DNA of 64,000 nt from NCBI RefSeq assembly GCF_902459465.1, contig NC_047068.1:16306001-16370000 (forward strand), read 5' to 3'. The stretch's first letter is position 1, and each line of letters starts with the position of its first letter. Below are positions 13,758 through 26,300 of this stretch, in pieces. The position numbers and the translations under genes are program-made. Under the pieces are notes generated by a model. That model saw only the letters and a program-made list of their open reading frames with translations, was not told the origin of the DNA and ran no database searches. Origin of the DNA: Asterias rubens (taxonomy: Eukaryota).

Positions 13758-13987
13758 AGATAATGATTGTAGAAAGCTTCCCTGAAATTATTACTTGCTG
13801 AGGTGCTATGGTTTTTGAGATATGAGTAAAACAATGTCATGAAAATAATTTTTTTCTCACTGATCATGAGACGAAAATTATTTTAGCATGTAAAAACGTA
13901 TTTTCACGATATTGTTTACTCATTTCTCAAAAACTACAGCACCTCAGCAACTAATATTTTAAGGTACGCTTTCTACTATCATTATCT
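13758..13987. mobile_element. Foldback Kolobok-type MITE (AGATAATG family)
   Basis: TTAA left, TCAA right; near-palindromic arms (…TTGCTGAGGTGCT / AGCACCTCAGCAA…). Confidence 0.7.
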
Positions 13988-14260
13988 TCAAACAGTGTAA
14001 GTTTAATGTATGTCTGTGGACATTGTCTTTTGTGTTACAAAAAGTACCCAAACCTTTTAAATAGCCTGAACATTCTAAAAATCTTGCACCATGTGTACAT
14101 GTATACCAGCCCTTATACTCAATGAAACTGTTCCTACTTGTTTTCCAAGGGCCATATATTATGACTGACATGGGAAACTCAATTGCCATGTAACGACATT
14201 GCCACCTTGATATGTGATTATGATTTTCAAAACAACTTCTTGCAGTACGAATTAGTCTTA

Positions 14261-14264
<4 letters not shown>

Positions 14265-14302
<38 letters not shown>
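14265..14302. repeat. (TC)n microsatellite
   Basis: Direct read. Confidence 0.95.
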
Positions 14303-14305
<3 letters not shown>

Positions 14306-15869
14306 TCTTTTTTTGCAGGTGTATTTTTGCAATTTCAAGAATGTTTATCCAGTTGATAGAAAAAGTAAGTATGCAGATGTTTTAAACATACAGGAAATGT
14401 TTTGTAGGTACAGTGTATATGCTGTAAATGGTTCAGGTCTAATGAATCGGTTAGTATATTCATTGGCATACATGAAGGTTAAAAGTGACATATGTACACA
14501 TAATGTGCATATAAAATGTATGTGTGTGTTTATGTTACCTGACAGTTACGCAAAGACTTAAAGGTGTTTATGGTTATATTATATATTGGTTTTTGTGAGC
14601 GTAATGCCGATTTATTGGCAAAATTTTCAAAAAGATATAAACAGTCATTGTACAAGTTTCAGGTGAATACAGTGTTATTTTGCCGAGAAGAAAAAAAAGC
14701 AAAAGACTGACACGGTATTGTCACAAGAACGTCAAATCCATCCACATTTACTTGCGAGGTGATAGCGGGTAGGACCACAACGCTGGCCGCAGCAATCCTG
14801 AACAAACACCAACCCTCAGAAATCTGTGAAACGATTCATGCATGAAACGTTTCCTCAGATTAAAATGTAATATGGTTTGGATAAGTAATATGAATTGAAT
14901 ATTTGTTTCCCACTAAAATAAATTAGAATTTGAGATGTATGAATTGTTTCTCAGATTTCTGAGAGAGGGTTGAATTTTTGTGGTGTCCGTTCGCGAATGC
15001 TGCGGCCAGAGATATATTGTTGATACCCACCTTCGACTTACTGAATGGGATGGATTAAAATGTTTTATTGATCATCATTGGGCAGCCATCTTGTTTTCGG
15101 TCCCAATGAAATCAATGCAACCAAATAAATGGAGACTTGAAGAAAAAACAGTTTCCCTGACGACCACACAGCCACATGTACAGTCTGCCATTTGGGGATT
15201 TAAACATACATGTGAAGCTATTCTGAGCGTCTAATTGTGCGCGCTTCGCTTTTAGAAGCACTCTGTACAGAAGTAACACATGGGGAATATGACTCAAGTA
15301 AGGTTTATAATTGATGATGTTGGTTGAATTGGGTCAGTGAATACAACAAATTAAAATGTGCTCAACACAACCCCCCCCTTTATGTATACAATCGCTTCTG
15401 CTGATACATGTAACATTTTGCGGACTTCTGATAAATTAAATTACAAATTCAATCTGAAGAGGAGAAGAGGGGCAATTGGCTGTGCATTGTGGAGAATTTA
15501 TAAAAACATTCACGTATGAATACCTGATCGGAATCAAATGCATGACAGTTACAGCTTCAAGCCTTTGTATTGTGCATGATACGTGTATGTGCTCTTCAAA
15601 CCTTTCAGAAATCAGCCATGAATATTTCATGTCAGAATCTTCAATATGATTAAAAAAAAGAAAAAAAAGAAGCAACATTGAAAATATATGTCCTGTATCG
15701 CGGTTAGAATGCATTGTTTGGCTTAACGGCCTACGGCAAGCAACAGTGCTTGACATACTGTATGTGTGCCACGACCCTTTTCTATTCCTGCTTGCGTATT
15801 TTCTTCCTTCTCTGTCTCTCTCTCCACCTCTCCCCCTCTCCGGCCCAGACAGGAAATGAATGTCAGTGT

Positions 15870-16091
15870 CTGGGATAGAGAAGCAGTCTGACTCACACTT
15901 TAGAAGTGCAGCTTCTTAAATGTCTTGACTGTCTAAGCTCGGGAAGAGGGTCATTTTCCTTACAGCGCTGATTTAATTGAATGCGCTAATTTTATTTACT
16001 TATTTTCCTTCCGATGATACGGCCTGAATATTTATGACATTTTCATGTTTGTATAATTGACCATATTATGTATTCTCGTCAGATGTTTCGG
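15870..16091 (+). other. Candidate first (non-coding) exon of TNRC6; 5' boundary approximate
   Basis: Consensus donor CGG|gtaagt at 16091/16092, downstream of a CT-rich tract at about 15800-15840. TSS is not determinable from sequence. Confidence 0.45.
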
Positions 16092-17388
16092 GTAAGTATT
16101 GTTATGAACCAGAGTGTTCATTTGAGAAGGTGCGTTTTTTTAAAAAGTACTGTTTTACTGTATTTACTGTAGTAAGTCTAGGGAGGCATGTTTAGTACAT
16201 GGTGTAATTTACTGTGTAGATGAATGATTACATTCGTGCGCTGTTTGAAAAAGATGCTATTGACTGGGTGTGCACAATGTTGGGTACTTTAGATTGAAAA
16301 TTCCAACATTCATATACGTGCATAGCTTCATGGTACAAAGATGGTCATGTTTGAAAATTTTTCCTAAAATAATTTTTGCTTGAAATGCTTTAATTTCTGA
16401 GAAAATTAGTGTGTGACATTTAATTTTGAGTCAGTGAAACATGTAAGGTTTATAAAAAAAAGCTTAGAAGCAGCTCTGTGAAATTGTTTCCCCGATCCTC
16501 TGCACGTCTGACTGTATTCTAATGCAGTTGCAACTCTACTGGGAAACATATATAAACAGCATTATAAAATACCAGTGTAATTTATTATATTTTATTCCAT
16601 TTGTAATGTTGTCTGATTTTAGTCCTGGCGCCTTGAAAATTACTCCCCTCCCACCCGTGGACTGGCACTAACACACGATAATGTACATTTACATGTACAG
16701 CAGAGCCAGAGTAAACTGATAGTAAAACACTGGGCTTCATTTATTTGCATGGATGGGTTTGATGATATGATAGGCACATCTTAATTAACAAGCACAGTTG
16801 TACGCTGGAGATAAACCACAGGGGTACTGTCAAAGTGTCTGTAAAGACTGTTAATATCGTTGAAGCAAAACCGCTGTCAAATTTGTTTTTAAAATAAATA
16901 GACCTGGAGAAGAAAATCTGCTTCATAATTAGCAGTTAATGTAACTTTAAATTTACACTGCAAGCACAATTGTTTTTTCATAATATGAATGCAATGGTAC
17001 AGATAATTATAGAAACAAAACAAAAGTGGTAAAAAGTATGGCAATCCCAACCCATTTTATGGATCTGTTTATCATTTAACTATCCACGATTCGTAATAAG
17101 AGCAAAATTCTAAGAGAAGGATAGCCATGAAACAAGCCCACATGCCAATTCCATAGCGCTTCTTTACGGTTATCACATTTTCATGCTGACTGGAGAAGAA
17201 ATATTAGTTTGCTTAAGTCTAAGCATGACATGTTCAAATGTTAGCAAGGAGATTAGGCTGCCAGCTTGCGTGTTCACTGCAAACTTGCATTGTTACGGCA
17301 TTAATTTTCAAAGAGTGAGCACAGGAAGACTCCTAGTTTAGAATTCACTAACAATATTCTCTTTTTTATCCTTTCTTGTTTTTTGTAG

Positions 17389-17490
17389 TTGATTGCAAGA
17401 CAATTGTCCCTCTGCGAAGGTCCCACCGCTGCCACACCGGTGAGTTGGGACAGGATGACGATGTAAACTATTCCCTCCGTTCACAAGGAG
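17389..17490 (+). other. Candidate TNRC6 5' leader exon with an alternative internal donor at 17439
   Basis: Long pyrimidine tract plus tgtag acceptor; donors CCG|gtgagt (17439) and GAG|gtatat (17490). Confidence 0.55.
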
Positions 17491-18185
17491 GTATATGCAA
17501 GATTTGTTGATGTCTTATAGGTAAGCAAGGCTGACTCCCTGTCTTCTCACTAACAAGTTTGAGTCCTAATATTAGATGAGGATTCAATATTAAAAGACCC
17601 AAATTTGTAACTCCTTAATTTTAAATTCACAAGTGTATATTGAAGGTTTATACTTTTTCCAAAAGCGGAAAAGACTGAATTTAGTTTTCATCAAGAAGAT
17701 TCTGAAAATGTATTAGTTTATTTTGCAGTGGGTAACAAAGCAAATGTTGAAATGGCAATGCGGAGTTTTGTAGAGCTGGCTCAAATTTAAGTGTGAATTT
17801 GTTTTGGCTAAGCTCAAAGAAACCGGGAACCAGTCACATATGGATTATGTGACTTTTTAATTTGAATGGTAACCTTATTCTAGTAAGCACAATTGTTTTG
17901 GGCTGATGCAGCTATGTGACATTTGGCCCTGGTTTGAATATTTGAAACCCCAATTTGATGTACATTGTACATCCAGATGTGCTACCCTGGAAGTGCTGAA
18001 TGTACAGACATCTTTTGTGTATACACATTATGTTATTTTTCTTCCATTTATTGGAACCCAGCTGTGGCAGCAATGCAAAGGAATCAGGAATGAATCAGGA
18101 GTCATCTAAAGTAGAAACCTGCATGTCAAATACGTGGCTCGCTTTTTTCATACAGATTTTCCTGTTTTGTTTCTCTTTTCTACAG

Positions 18186-18273
18186 AAGAGGAATAGTGCT
18201 GCACGAAGTCACAAAAGTTAACGTTTCAGAAGCACATGGTGCATACTGAAAGCCTTAACTGTTAGATTTTTAG
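18186..18273 (+). other. Candidate TNRC6 5' leader exon
   Basis: ttttctacag acceptor, TAG|gtgagt donor. Confidence 0.55.
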
Positions 18274-18693
18274 GTGAGTGTAACTTTGTACTCCAAGTTA
18301 TTTAATGTACATGTACTGTATTAACCATTTCACATCAGTATTTTCTCTTAGGTGTTTTAACTGTATGGATTTTAATAGGTTTTCTTTTAATTGTTCAGCA
18401 CCCAGGAGCATGTTTACATGGATAGGCGCTATATAAATTTCCATTATTATTTTGTATTATTATTATCAGGATTTTTATACCAACATTTTGTGCCCGTAAC
18501 GCGATATTATTTTTAGGAGCTTCTCATAGTCAAACAATAATTTTCCTTTGAAAGTACCTTGGCTACTATGAAACCCTGACTTTATAAACATGTTCTTAAT
18601 TAGTTCCAGGATTTTATGTTGTTAGGTGAGAACAATTCAGAAAGTACTCATTTGGGATTCGCTGGAATGTGGGAATGCTCAGACTTCCCTCCT

Positions 18694-18853
18694 ATAGACC
18701 TTATGCATTGACGTTATCCAGCCGCCATCTTAGAGGAAAAACGGTGACAAAACAATCGCGGTGCACAGATTTGTACGCGCGGCGCACAGTATTGGCCAAT
18801 GAACAACCTCCTTTTGACCTCTGCTGAAATGACGTCGTATGCATAAGGTCTAT
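18694..18853. mobile_element. TIR MITE (ATAGACC termini), superfamily unassigned
   Basis: Perfect 15-bp TIR ATAGACCTTATGCAT / ATGCATAAGGTCTAT. Confidence 0.72.
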
Positions 18854-19170
18854 TGAGCCAGATACAAGTATAATGATGAACAATGGTCCACTCTTGCTAC
18901 ATTTGTACAACAACAAGACATAGGGGGCGTGTGCATAATAACCCTGGAAAGGGATATTACAAGGCATAATTTCCAAAATTATGTTGTCTATATTTGTATG
19001 GATGAAACGAAAGTCATATCCAAGTGGATAAAAATGTTAGCCATTGGCATGTCGGAAAAAAAAATCACGGATAATCCAAAGTTGCTTCTGGTTAAAAATA
19101 AAAACCTAGTGCCCTAAGTCATTCCCGAAAATTTTGGGCCCTTAAAAAATACAGACAAAATTGCTATTAA

Positions 19171-19508
19171 AGACAGTGGACACTGTTGGTATTTCTCACT
19201 TATTGTATCTCAAAATATGTATGCATAAAATAACAAACCTGTGAAAAATTGAGCTTGATTGGTAGTCGGAGTTGCGAGATAACTATGAAAGAAAAAACAC
19301 CCTTGTCACACGAAGCTGTGTGCTTTCAGATGCTTGATTTTGAGACCTCAAATTCTAAATCTGAGGTCTCAAAATCAAATACGTGGAAAATTACTTCTTT
19401 CTGGAAAACGTTGTTACTTCAGAGGGAGCCCTCTCCCCATTACTCGTTACCAAGAAAGGTTTTATTACAATAATTATTTTGAGTAATTTCCAATAGTGTT
19501 TACTGCCT
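19171..19508 (+). mobile_element. Kolobok-type MITE, AGGCAGTGGACAC family
   Basis: TTAA TSDs; TIR AG(A/G)CAGTGGACAC..; same interior as the other copies. Confidence 0.85.
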
Positions 19509-20841
19509 TTAAATAGCCTGAAAAGTCTAGCACAGCCCAACCATGTGTACATGTGGGTCAGCACCTGTACCAAATACAGTTTCCTAAAGTTTTTCCAAAG
19601 GCCAAATCTAATTTCTGCAACCCTCTTTCAGACTTAAAAGGAGTTGTAAAAATTGTGTCTTTTTTTCTCCCTCCTGTTTTAGTGCTGTTTTATGAGGCTG
19701 CGATTTCAGAAGCAGTGAACCACTGTGAGGGTCTCACTGTGAAATAGACTGTCTATAAACGGACAGGGAAAGCAAGTTGATATTCGTAAAGGTAGGTCTT
19801 AGATTTCTTGAGGTTAAGTCCCCAAGCCTTCTTGCCCAAAGGTGATGCCAATCCTCTAATATGCTCTTCTCCTATGTCACCCCACATACTTGGACCTGGA
19901 TGAGATTGAAGTGCCCGTCCCAGTAATTTATCAGCAATAGCTGATATGCATGTCCTGACTGTTCATACTTCTGATTCCTTCATTTCGGCATATAGGGGGG
20001 TTATTGTCGTAAAACTTTTAGTTTCTGTTAAGAGTTGTCAATGTGCACGATCAGCCCTTAAAAGATTCTTGGTGGATACATATACATATGTGTACAAGCG
20101 ATACTGGCAACCATCAAGGCTTGATGACTTCGAAGCAATGCGCTACACTACTATAAAACCTGGCATTGTAACATGTAAACTACCGCATGGCGACCATCTT
20201 GGCAGCTTGATTTATTTTTTAACCGTGCTTGGGTTACCTTCAGATTCATTGCAGTATATTTTAAAGATGGTGCTTTTGCATATGGTGTATTATTGGGGTC
20301 TACTTGTACAACTGATAGTCCTTCTGAATTCATGATTTTAGCAAAGAGGACATGACAAGGATTTAGGGGGGTTATGGTCTTAAAGCTTTTAGTTTCTGTT
20401 AAGAGATGTCAAGTTATCTTCTATTTGCATTTTATGTTTATACCACCTTTAATAAGTCTCTTATTGACCGCTGGAACATTTATTCGTGACATTTCGTCAG
20501 TTGTTTGTGCAAAATGGTCCCTACATGTAGCATATATTTGTGATGACTTTTTAAATCACTTTGAATTTATGTGTCAAACTTTTTGTTTCATGTAATGCTT
20601 TTTATTGTTAAAACTTAATCTCCCATCGCTGCTGTAGGCCTTTCCACTTATTTTTACATTATTGTTTTTATGATTATTAATTTTTGTTTAATAGGCTTAC
20701 CTACATGTTAAATATACACAAAGACTCTTTTTGTTTGGATTTTTAATAGCTATGACTTGTTTGTACAAGTTATTTATGAAAGAGAAACTCGACAAGCTCA
20801 GCTTACATTTCACTTTCGTAACTTTTGTGTTTCGATTTCAG

Positions 20842-20868
20842 GTTTTCACAGAACAAAGAACACCAAAG
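20842..20868 (+). other. Candidate 27-nt microexon (VFTEQRTPK in phase 0)
   Basis: tttcag acceptor and AAG|gtgagt donor. The peptide resembles the small N-terminal (V/A)TEQK(T/I)K segment of vertebrate TNRC6, as recalled. Confidence 0.55.
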
Positions 20869-21016
20869 GTGAGTTATTTTCTACATTAATAATTTAATTG
20901 AGCTGCATGTTAATTTTTTACAGAGGCCCATAGATTGATGGAATAACTTGAATTCTGACGATGGTATCTGTCTCCTAGAGACTTAGACTTTCTATAGTTT
21001 GATTTGGGTTTATTTA

Positions 21017-21194
21017 GCCCGGTTCATACTTCATGCGAATGTGAATGCAAAGCGAATGTTGACGTCACAAATTCACAAACGAATTATTTGCAGCAGTTCA
21101 ACTGTGCTCAACTCACTTGCGAATATTGCTGCGAAAAGAGAGTTGTGACGTCAAATTCACGTCAAATTGGCTTCGCATGAAGTATGAACCAGGC
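21017..21194. mobile_element. PIF/Harbinger (Tourist-like) MITE
   Basis: TTA TSD at 21014-21016 and 21195-21197; 23-bp TIR GCCCGGTTCATACTTCATGCGAA, 1 mismatch. Confidence 0.78.
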
Positions 21195-21946
21195 TTACTT
21201 AAGTGTGCTAAATGAAACGAAAATGGCATGCCTAGATGTAAAGCAGAAACTGTTCTGGAAATGTCTATCTCAGCGTCAGTTGTAGCTAGTTCTAGCTTAT
21301 TAAACACCTCAGCGGATGCATCACAAAATTAAAATTCTCCTGATAATCTATAATCTCTGAAGACGGGTATTAACCAACGCAAGGTGTTAGTTGCAGTTAG
21401 TTCTAGCTCTTTAAATACTTCTGCTGACGCTACCAATGAGATAATTTTTTTTTTCTGATGTTTTAATATCTCAAAAGACATGTACAATAGGTGCTTCTAA
21501 ATTCCCCTTTTAGTCATAATATTAGATGATACCATATCATCGGCCATGTACTTGTACAAGAGGTCTCAGTCACTCATATTGATGACTCAAGCTTACCTTG
21601 AGAACTTTTTTCTTCCCTTTTTTTTCTCTTGGCACTCTTCCAATCTTAGGGACGCTATCGGCCAGAAAGGAGACTGTGTCATCACTCCTTTAATTTTACT
21701 ATTTTCCTCCATCGCATTCTTTGTCGCTTTTGCATTTACTGCAAATATCAAGCATTCACTGTTACTCTACCACATAATGCACACTAGCCGAACTCTTCAG
21801 AGATTGTGCTTACACTGGCAAGTGCTCTAAAAAATGTCTAAGGCGAAAATGTTTTTGGCTAATATCAAGAATGAAACTTTCATCTGAATGCAAACCTATT
21901 ATGTCTGCCTGGTGATGTAACAAAAATCAGCTTTTTTGTTTCCTAG

Positions 21947-22221
21947 ATACTTGCAAACAGAAATCAGGCCTCCGCGGTCCACAATCCTCTTCCCCAAGTC
22001 AACCTCAATTGAAAAGCCCATCCTTTGGCCCAGAATTAAAGCCCAGTCTTGTATCACCCCCTCAGATTATTCTTAACAAGCCAAAGCCCATCAACTGCCA
22101 TAGAGGACACCAATCCATTGGGACAAGGCATTCAGACTACCCTGATGGTCAACTCAAGCAGTGAATGTATGGTGTCAGTGTGCTTCCACTATTGGCAATT
22201 CACATAGCTCATTTTTTACTG
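21947..22221 (+). other. Candidate TNRC6 5' leader exon (stops in all three frames)
   Basis: ttttgtttcctag acceptor, CTG|gtgagt donor. Confidence 0.5.
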
Positions 22222-22629
22222 GTGAGTTCCACTGGCTGTGTACCTCGCCCTCCCCGCCCCCATTGTCTATTTGAGGCATCAGTTGTGTAGTTCCTAGAGT
22301 CCACTTCCTTTGAGAAGCTAGCTTTTAGGTAATCATCATAAGACTAAATTTTGCACAGACCTTTGAAGAGTGGCTAAAGCTGTATTCAAATTGACGGCTA
22401 CAGCCATGGCTAGGACTTGCTATTAAGGAAGCACTATCATTCAATGCATGATGTCATGCAGCCGTGCCAAGTGTGCGTGGTCAAGCATGGCTTCTTGCGC
22501 ACCTACTTTGACATTTTTGTGACAGAAATCCATTTTTTTATATTATTGGAGTATGTTTATTTATTTGTGTGGTACACTCACTCAGTAAATGTTCTGGTTT
22601 TTTTTTCTAACAGATGTTACTCTTAGTCC

Positions 22630-23311
22630 ATGGACCAAACCAGTGCTAAACAAAGAATTGTAGTTGATGAACACGATATGGAGGCCTGGCCAGCTATCAA
22701 ACGTGAACCTAGCCGTCCCACCCCCACTGAAAACGAACGCAAGACCACTTCTTCCTCCAGCGTCCCCACCGCTACCACGAACATGCCAGCTGCCAGTCAA
22801 AGTAACGACCAAGGTCGCAATATGACAACCAGCACCAGCTCTAAGAGCGGCAGCGGGGGTCCCATGATCAACTCCATCTGGAGTACTGGCACAGTGGCAG
22901 GAGCAGGATGGGGCTCCATCACCACCACCGCCATGTCGCAAAGCGGGAAAGACTCCGTTGTGGGGTCTCAATTTCAGCAGGGTCTCTTTTCAGGCCCTGG
23001 AAGCAGTGCTCTCCCTGCAGGCACCACCGGAAACTCTGTCTGGGGAAGCAGCGGTGCCCCGACCGCAAACTCTGACGGGGAGAACAGGAAAGAGCCAAGG
23101 TCTGGCTGGACAGGCAGCAGCGGGAGCAATAACGAAGAAGACAATAACGGGATGGATACACAACCATCGGCACCTTCTACACAAGCACAAGGTGAACGCA
23201 TGCAAACAGACAGCCCGCTGCCCACGACCACAGTATCTACTAGCGGATCAAGTTGGGGTCCCAGTAAGGAACAAGGTGCAGGTGCTAATAACACTGCCTC
23301 TAGTGCTAATG
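22630..23311 (+). CDS. TNRC6: TNRC6 coding exon 1 (acceptor at 22613/22614, ATG 22630, phase-1 donor)
   Basis: Polypyrimidine tract plus ctaacag acceptor; donor AATG|gtaaga. An in-frame TAG at 22624-22626 makes 22630 the start in this splice form. Confidence 0.85.
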
Positions 23312-26300
23312 GTAAGACAATTCATCATTAAGTTTGACTCCTTAAAAATGTTGCTTGATGGTTCTCAAGGTTTTAAATTTTTAAAAGGTTTTTAAAAGTA
23401 TACAGCTTTTACTCGAACCAAATTTGGGCTGTTTTATTGGATTTAACTTTTCTTTCGTTTGACAAATAAAAATAGCTCTTTGTTGAACAAAACATAGCGA
23501 GATATTTTGAGAGTTTTTCATCTTATCTGATTCTCATTTTTGTGTTAATGAATTACAAATTTGTCTGTTCAGGTGCCTCTTGGACCACTGCTTCCAGTAC
23601 TTCCAGCAGAAATGATCAGCTGGGTCTATCAAGCACAGCCTCATGGGGCAGCAGCAACACTACTCCTACTAACTCCAGCGGTTGGGGAACGCAACCCAAG
23701 ACACCAACCTCTGGATGGGGAGAGATGCCCCGAACCGCTGCCTCAGTTGCTTCAACGCCAGGATGGGGTGCTGCCCCAACTCAGTCATCCAACTCCGGCT
23801 GGGGTGGAAAACCCAACCCCAGCCAACCAACCAACTCTACTGAGGGTGCAGCTTTACCTGGCTGGAGAGACAATGCCACTCCGGGAGGCCAATGGGGGAA
23901 AGCCGGTCAGCAGCATCCAGCCCAGACCCCAACATCTCCGGGGCCATCTGGATGGGGTACCTTGCCAAGCCCTAGCACATCTGCTGGCCCTGCTACTTCG
24001 GGATGGGGATCAAATCCTGCTGGCCCTCCTGGCCCTGCTGGCATGCCCAATGATGGACCAGAATCACGTGGTCAAAGACAACCTCCTACCCCGTCAGGTT
24101 GGGGTGGGGGAGACAACCGAGGTAATGGGTCTGGTGGATGGGGGACCCCCTCAGAGGGGAATGTTGAAGGATGGGGAAAGAAGCCAATCAACCAGGATAC
24201 CCAGTGGGATGTGAAGGGTAACTCAGTGCCTAAGACCATCGATAACGGTACCGCAGCATGGGGATCCAACCAGACAGCTCCACCACCGACTCCTGGTTGG
24301 GGATCCAATCCTCCACCACCATCTGCCTGGGGTAAGCCGAAGACGCCAACTGATCAGCCTCCACAGCCTCCTCAGCCTCCTCAGCCTCCACAGCCTGTGG
24401 CTCATCCACCTGCTCAGTCTGCATGGTCTGGTGATCGCAAACCTGCTTGGGGAGCTCCACCGAGTAATCCTGGTAACCCTGGTATTCCCGGAGGTGGTAT
24501 GCGACCTGGCATGGGTGGTAATATGGGTATGAGCGGAATGGTCGGCAACAGTGCAATGAGTGGCGGAGGTGGGATGAGAGGAGAAGGGATGAGAGGAGGA
24601 GATGGAATGAGCGGAGGCGGTGGAATGAGAGGAGGAGATGGGATGAGCGGAGGAGGAATGAGAGGAGATGGGATGAGCGGAGGAGGAATGAGAGGAGGAG
24701 ATGGGATGGGTGGCAGCGCTGGGATGGGACTCGGAGGCAACATTGGAATGAGTGGCAGCGGAGGAATGGGAGGTAACAGCGGAATGGGCCCTGGTCCTAC
24801 ATCTCAGTGGCCTAGACAACCACCTGGTCCAATGGAGCGCCGGGAAAGCCAAGGGCAAGGTCATCCCTCGGGCTGGAGGAATCCGCCTGGTGGTATGCCC
24901 CCCCATGGTGGCGGCAACCCTCATGGCCCTCAGTCTGAAAGCTCCTCCTGGGGTACCTGGTCCAATGACCAAGCCAATCCTCCACAGGATCATCCCCCTC
25001 CAAGGATGCCGGAGAAACTTAGCGGCTGGAATGACATAACTGATATTCCAACAACCATCGTGGCCACTGGATGGGGTAACACCTCTCCAACACCAACCCG
25101 TAAGATGCCAGTAGACGATGGAACTTTTGTCTGGGGAAACTCAACCGAGCACAATGCAAGACTTGCCGTTCAGGGCCGACGTAACCTGGCGCGTATAGCA
25201 GCCAATCAGGACACCAACAGTACTACTATGCAAACTCCCCCACCTGGACCGGCCGAAGGGGATGGGACGGCTGTGCCTCCATCACCCGTCGTACCCACTG
25301 CACCAGAAGGGAGTACCAACCCAGTGCCGCCCAAACCAGACACTGGGACCACCACAACTGGCTGGGGAGAGCCCCAGGAACCCAAGACCCCAGCGCCAGG
25401 CTGGGGCGACAGCAGCGCCAAGGCTCCTGGTCCTGAGAGTGGGACAGGGGCTTGGAGGAACGGAGCATCAAAGCCTGCAGGAAGCAAGTGGGATGATTCC
25501 ACTACCCCCTGGGGTAGTAGTACTACTGGTGGCAGTACTCAGGACAAGGACTCTATGCAATCTGGATGGAATGAAAGTGGAAATGGTGGCAATGGTGGCA
25601 ATGGAGGCGGTAAGTCTCTATTTACAAAGCTTTTTAAGTTACTCTTTCTTTTTGTTTAAAATGACAAGAAAGGTCAAACTTAAAATCAATATTGCAATTT
25701 AAAACAGGAGAAAGCCAGTGTTACTCAAATAGGTATGACCAAAAAACATGCGTTTTCTGAAACATTTAAAGGCAGTGGACACTATTGGTAATTACTCAAA
25801 ATAATTATTAGCATAAAGCCTTTCATGGTGACGAGTAATGGGTAGAGGTTGATGGTATAAAACATTGTGAGAAACGGCTCCCTCTGAAGTGCCATAGTTT
25901 TCGAGAAAGAAGTAATTTTCCACAAATTTGATTTCAAGACCTCAGATTTAGCACTTGAGGTCTCGAAATCAACCATCTAAACGCGCACAACTTCAAGTGA
26001 CAAGGGTGTTTTTTCTTTCAAATCAACATTCATCAACAAAAAGCAATCTATGACCCTACTTAAGCTTACTTTTGTGTATACCTTTTTGGTTATAGATGTA
26101 TAACGCTTATGGAGCAATTCAATTGTCACGGCTACAGGATAACACACTGCCTAAAAGAATTTAAAAACGGACTCACATATTATGTGGCTTTTTACAGCCC
26201 TGGAACCACATTTTTGAACATATTGAACGGGCAAGGCCATTTACATTTTGCAAATGGTGCTTCCATTGGAAAATCTTAAAGACAATGGGAAACTTTGAAG

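Noticed and set aside
198-21830. Remaining short ORFs from the six-frame track in the upstream and intronic region
   Set aside because: 60-130 aa, non-ATG starts or biased composition, no motifs or splice-consistent chains; expected by chance.
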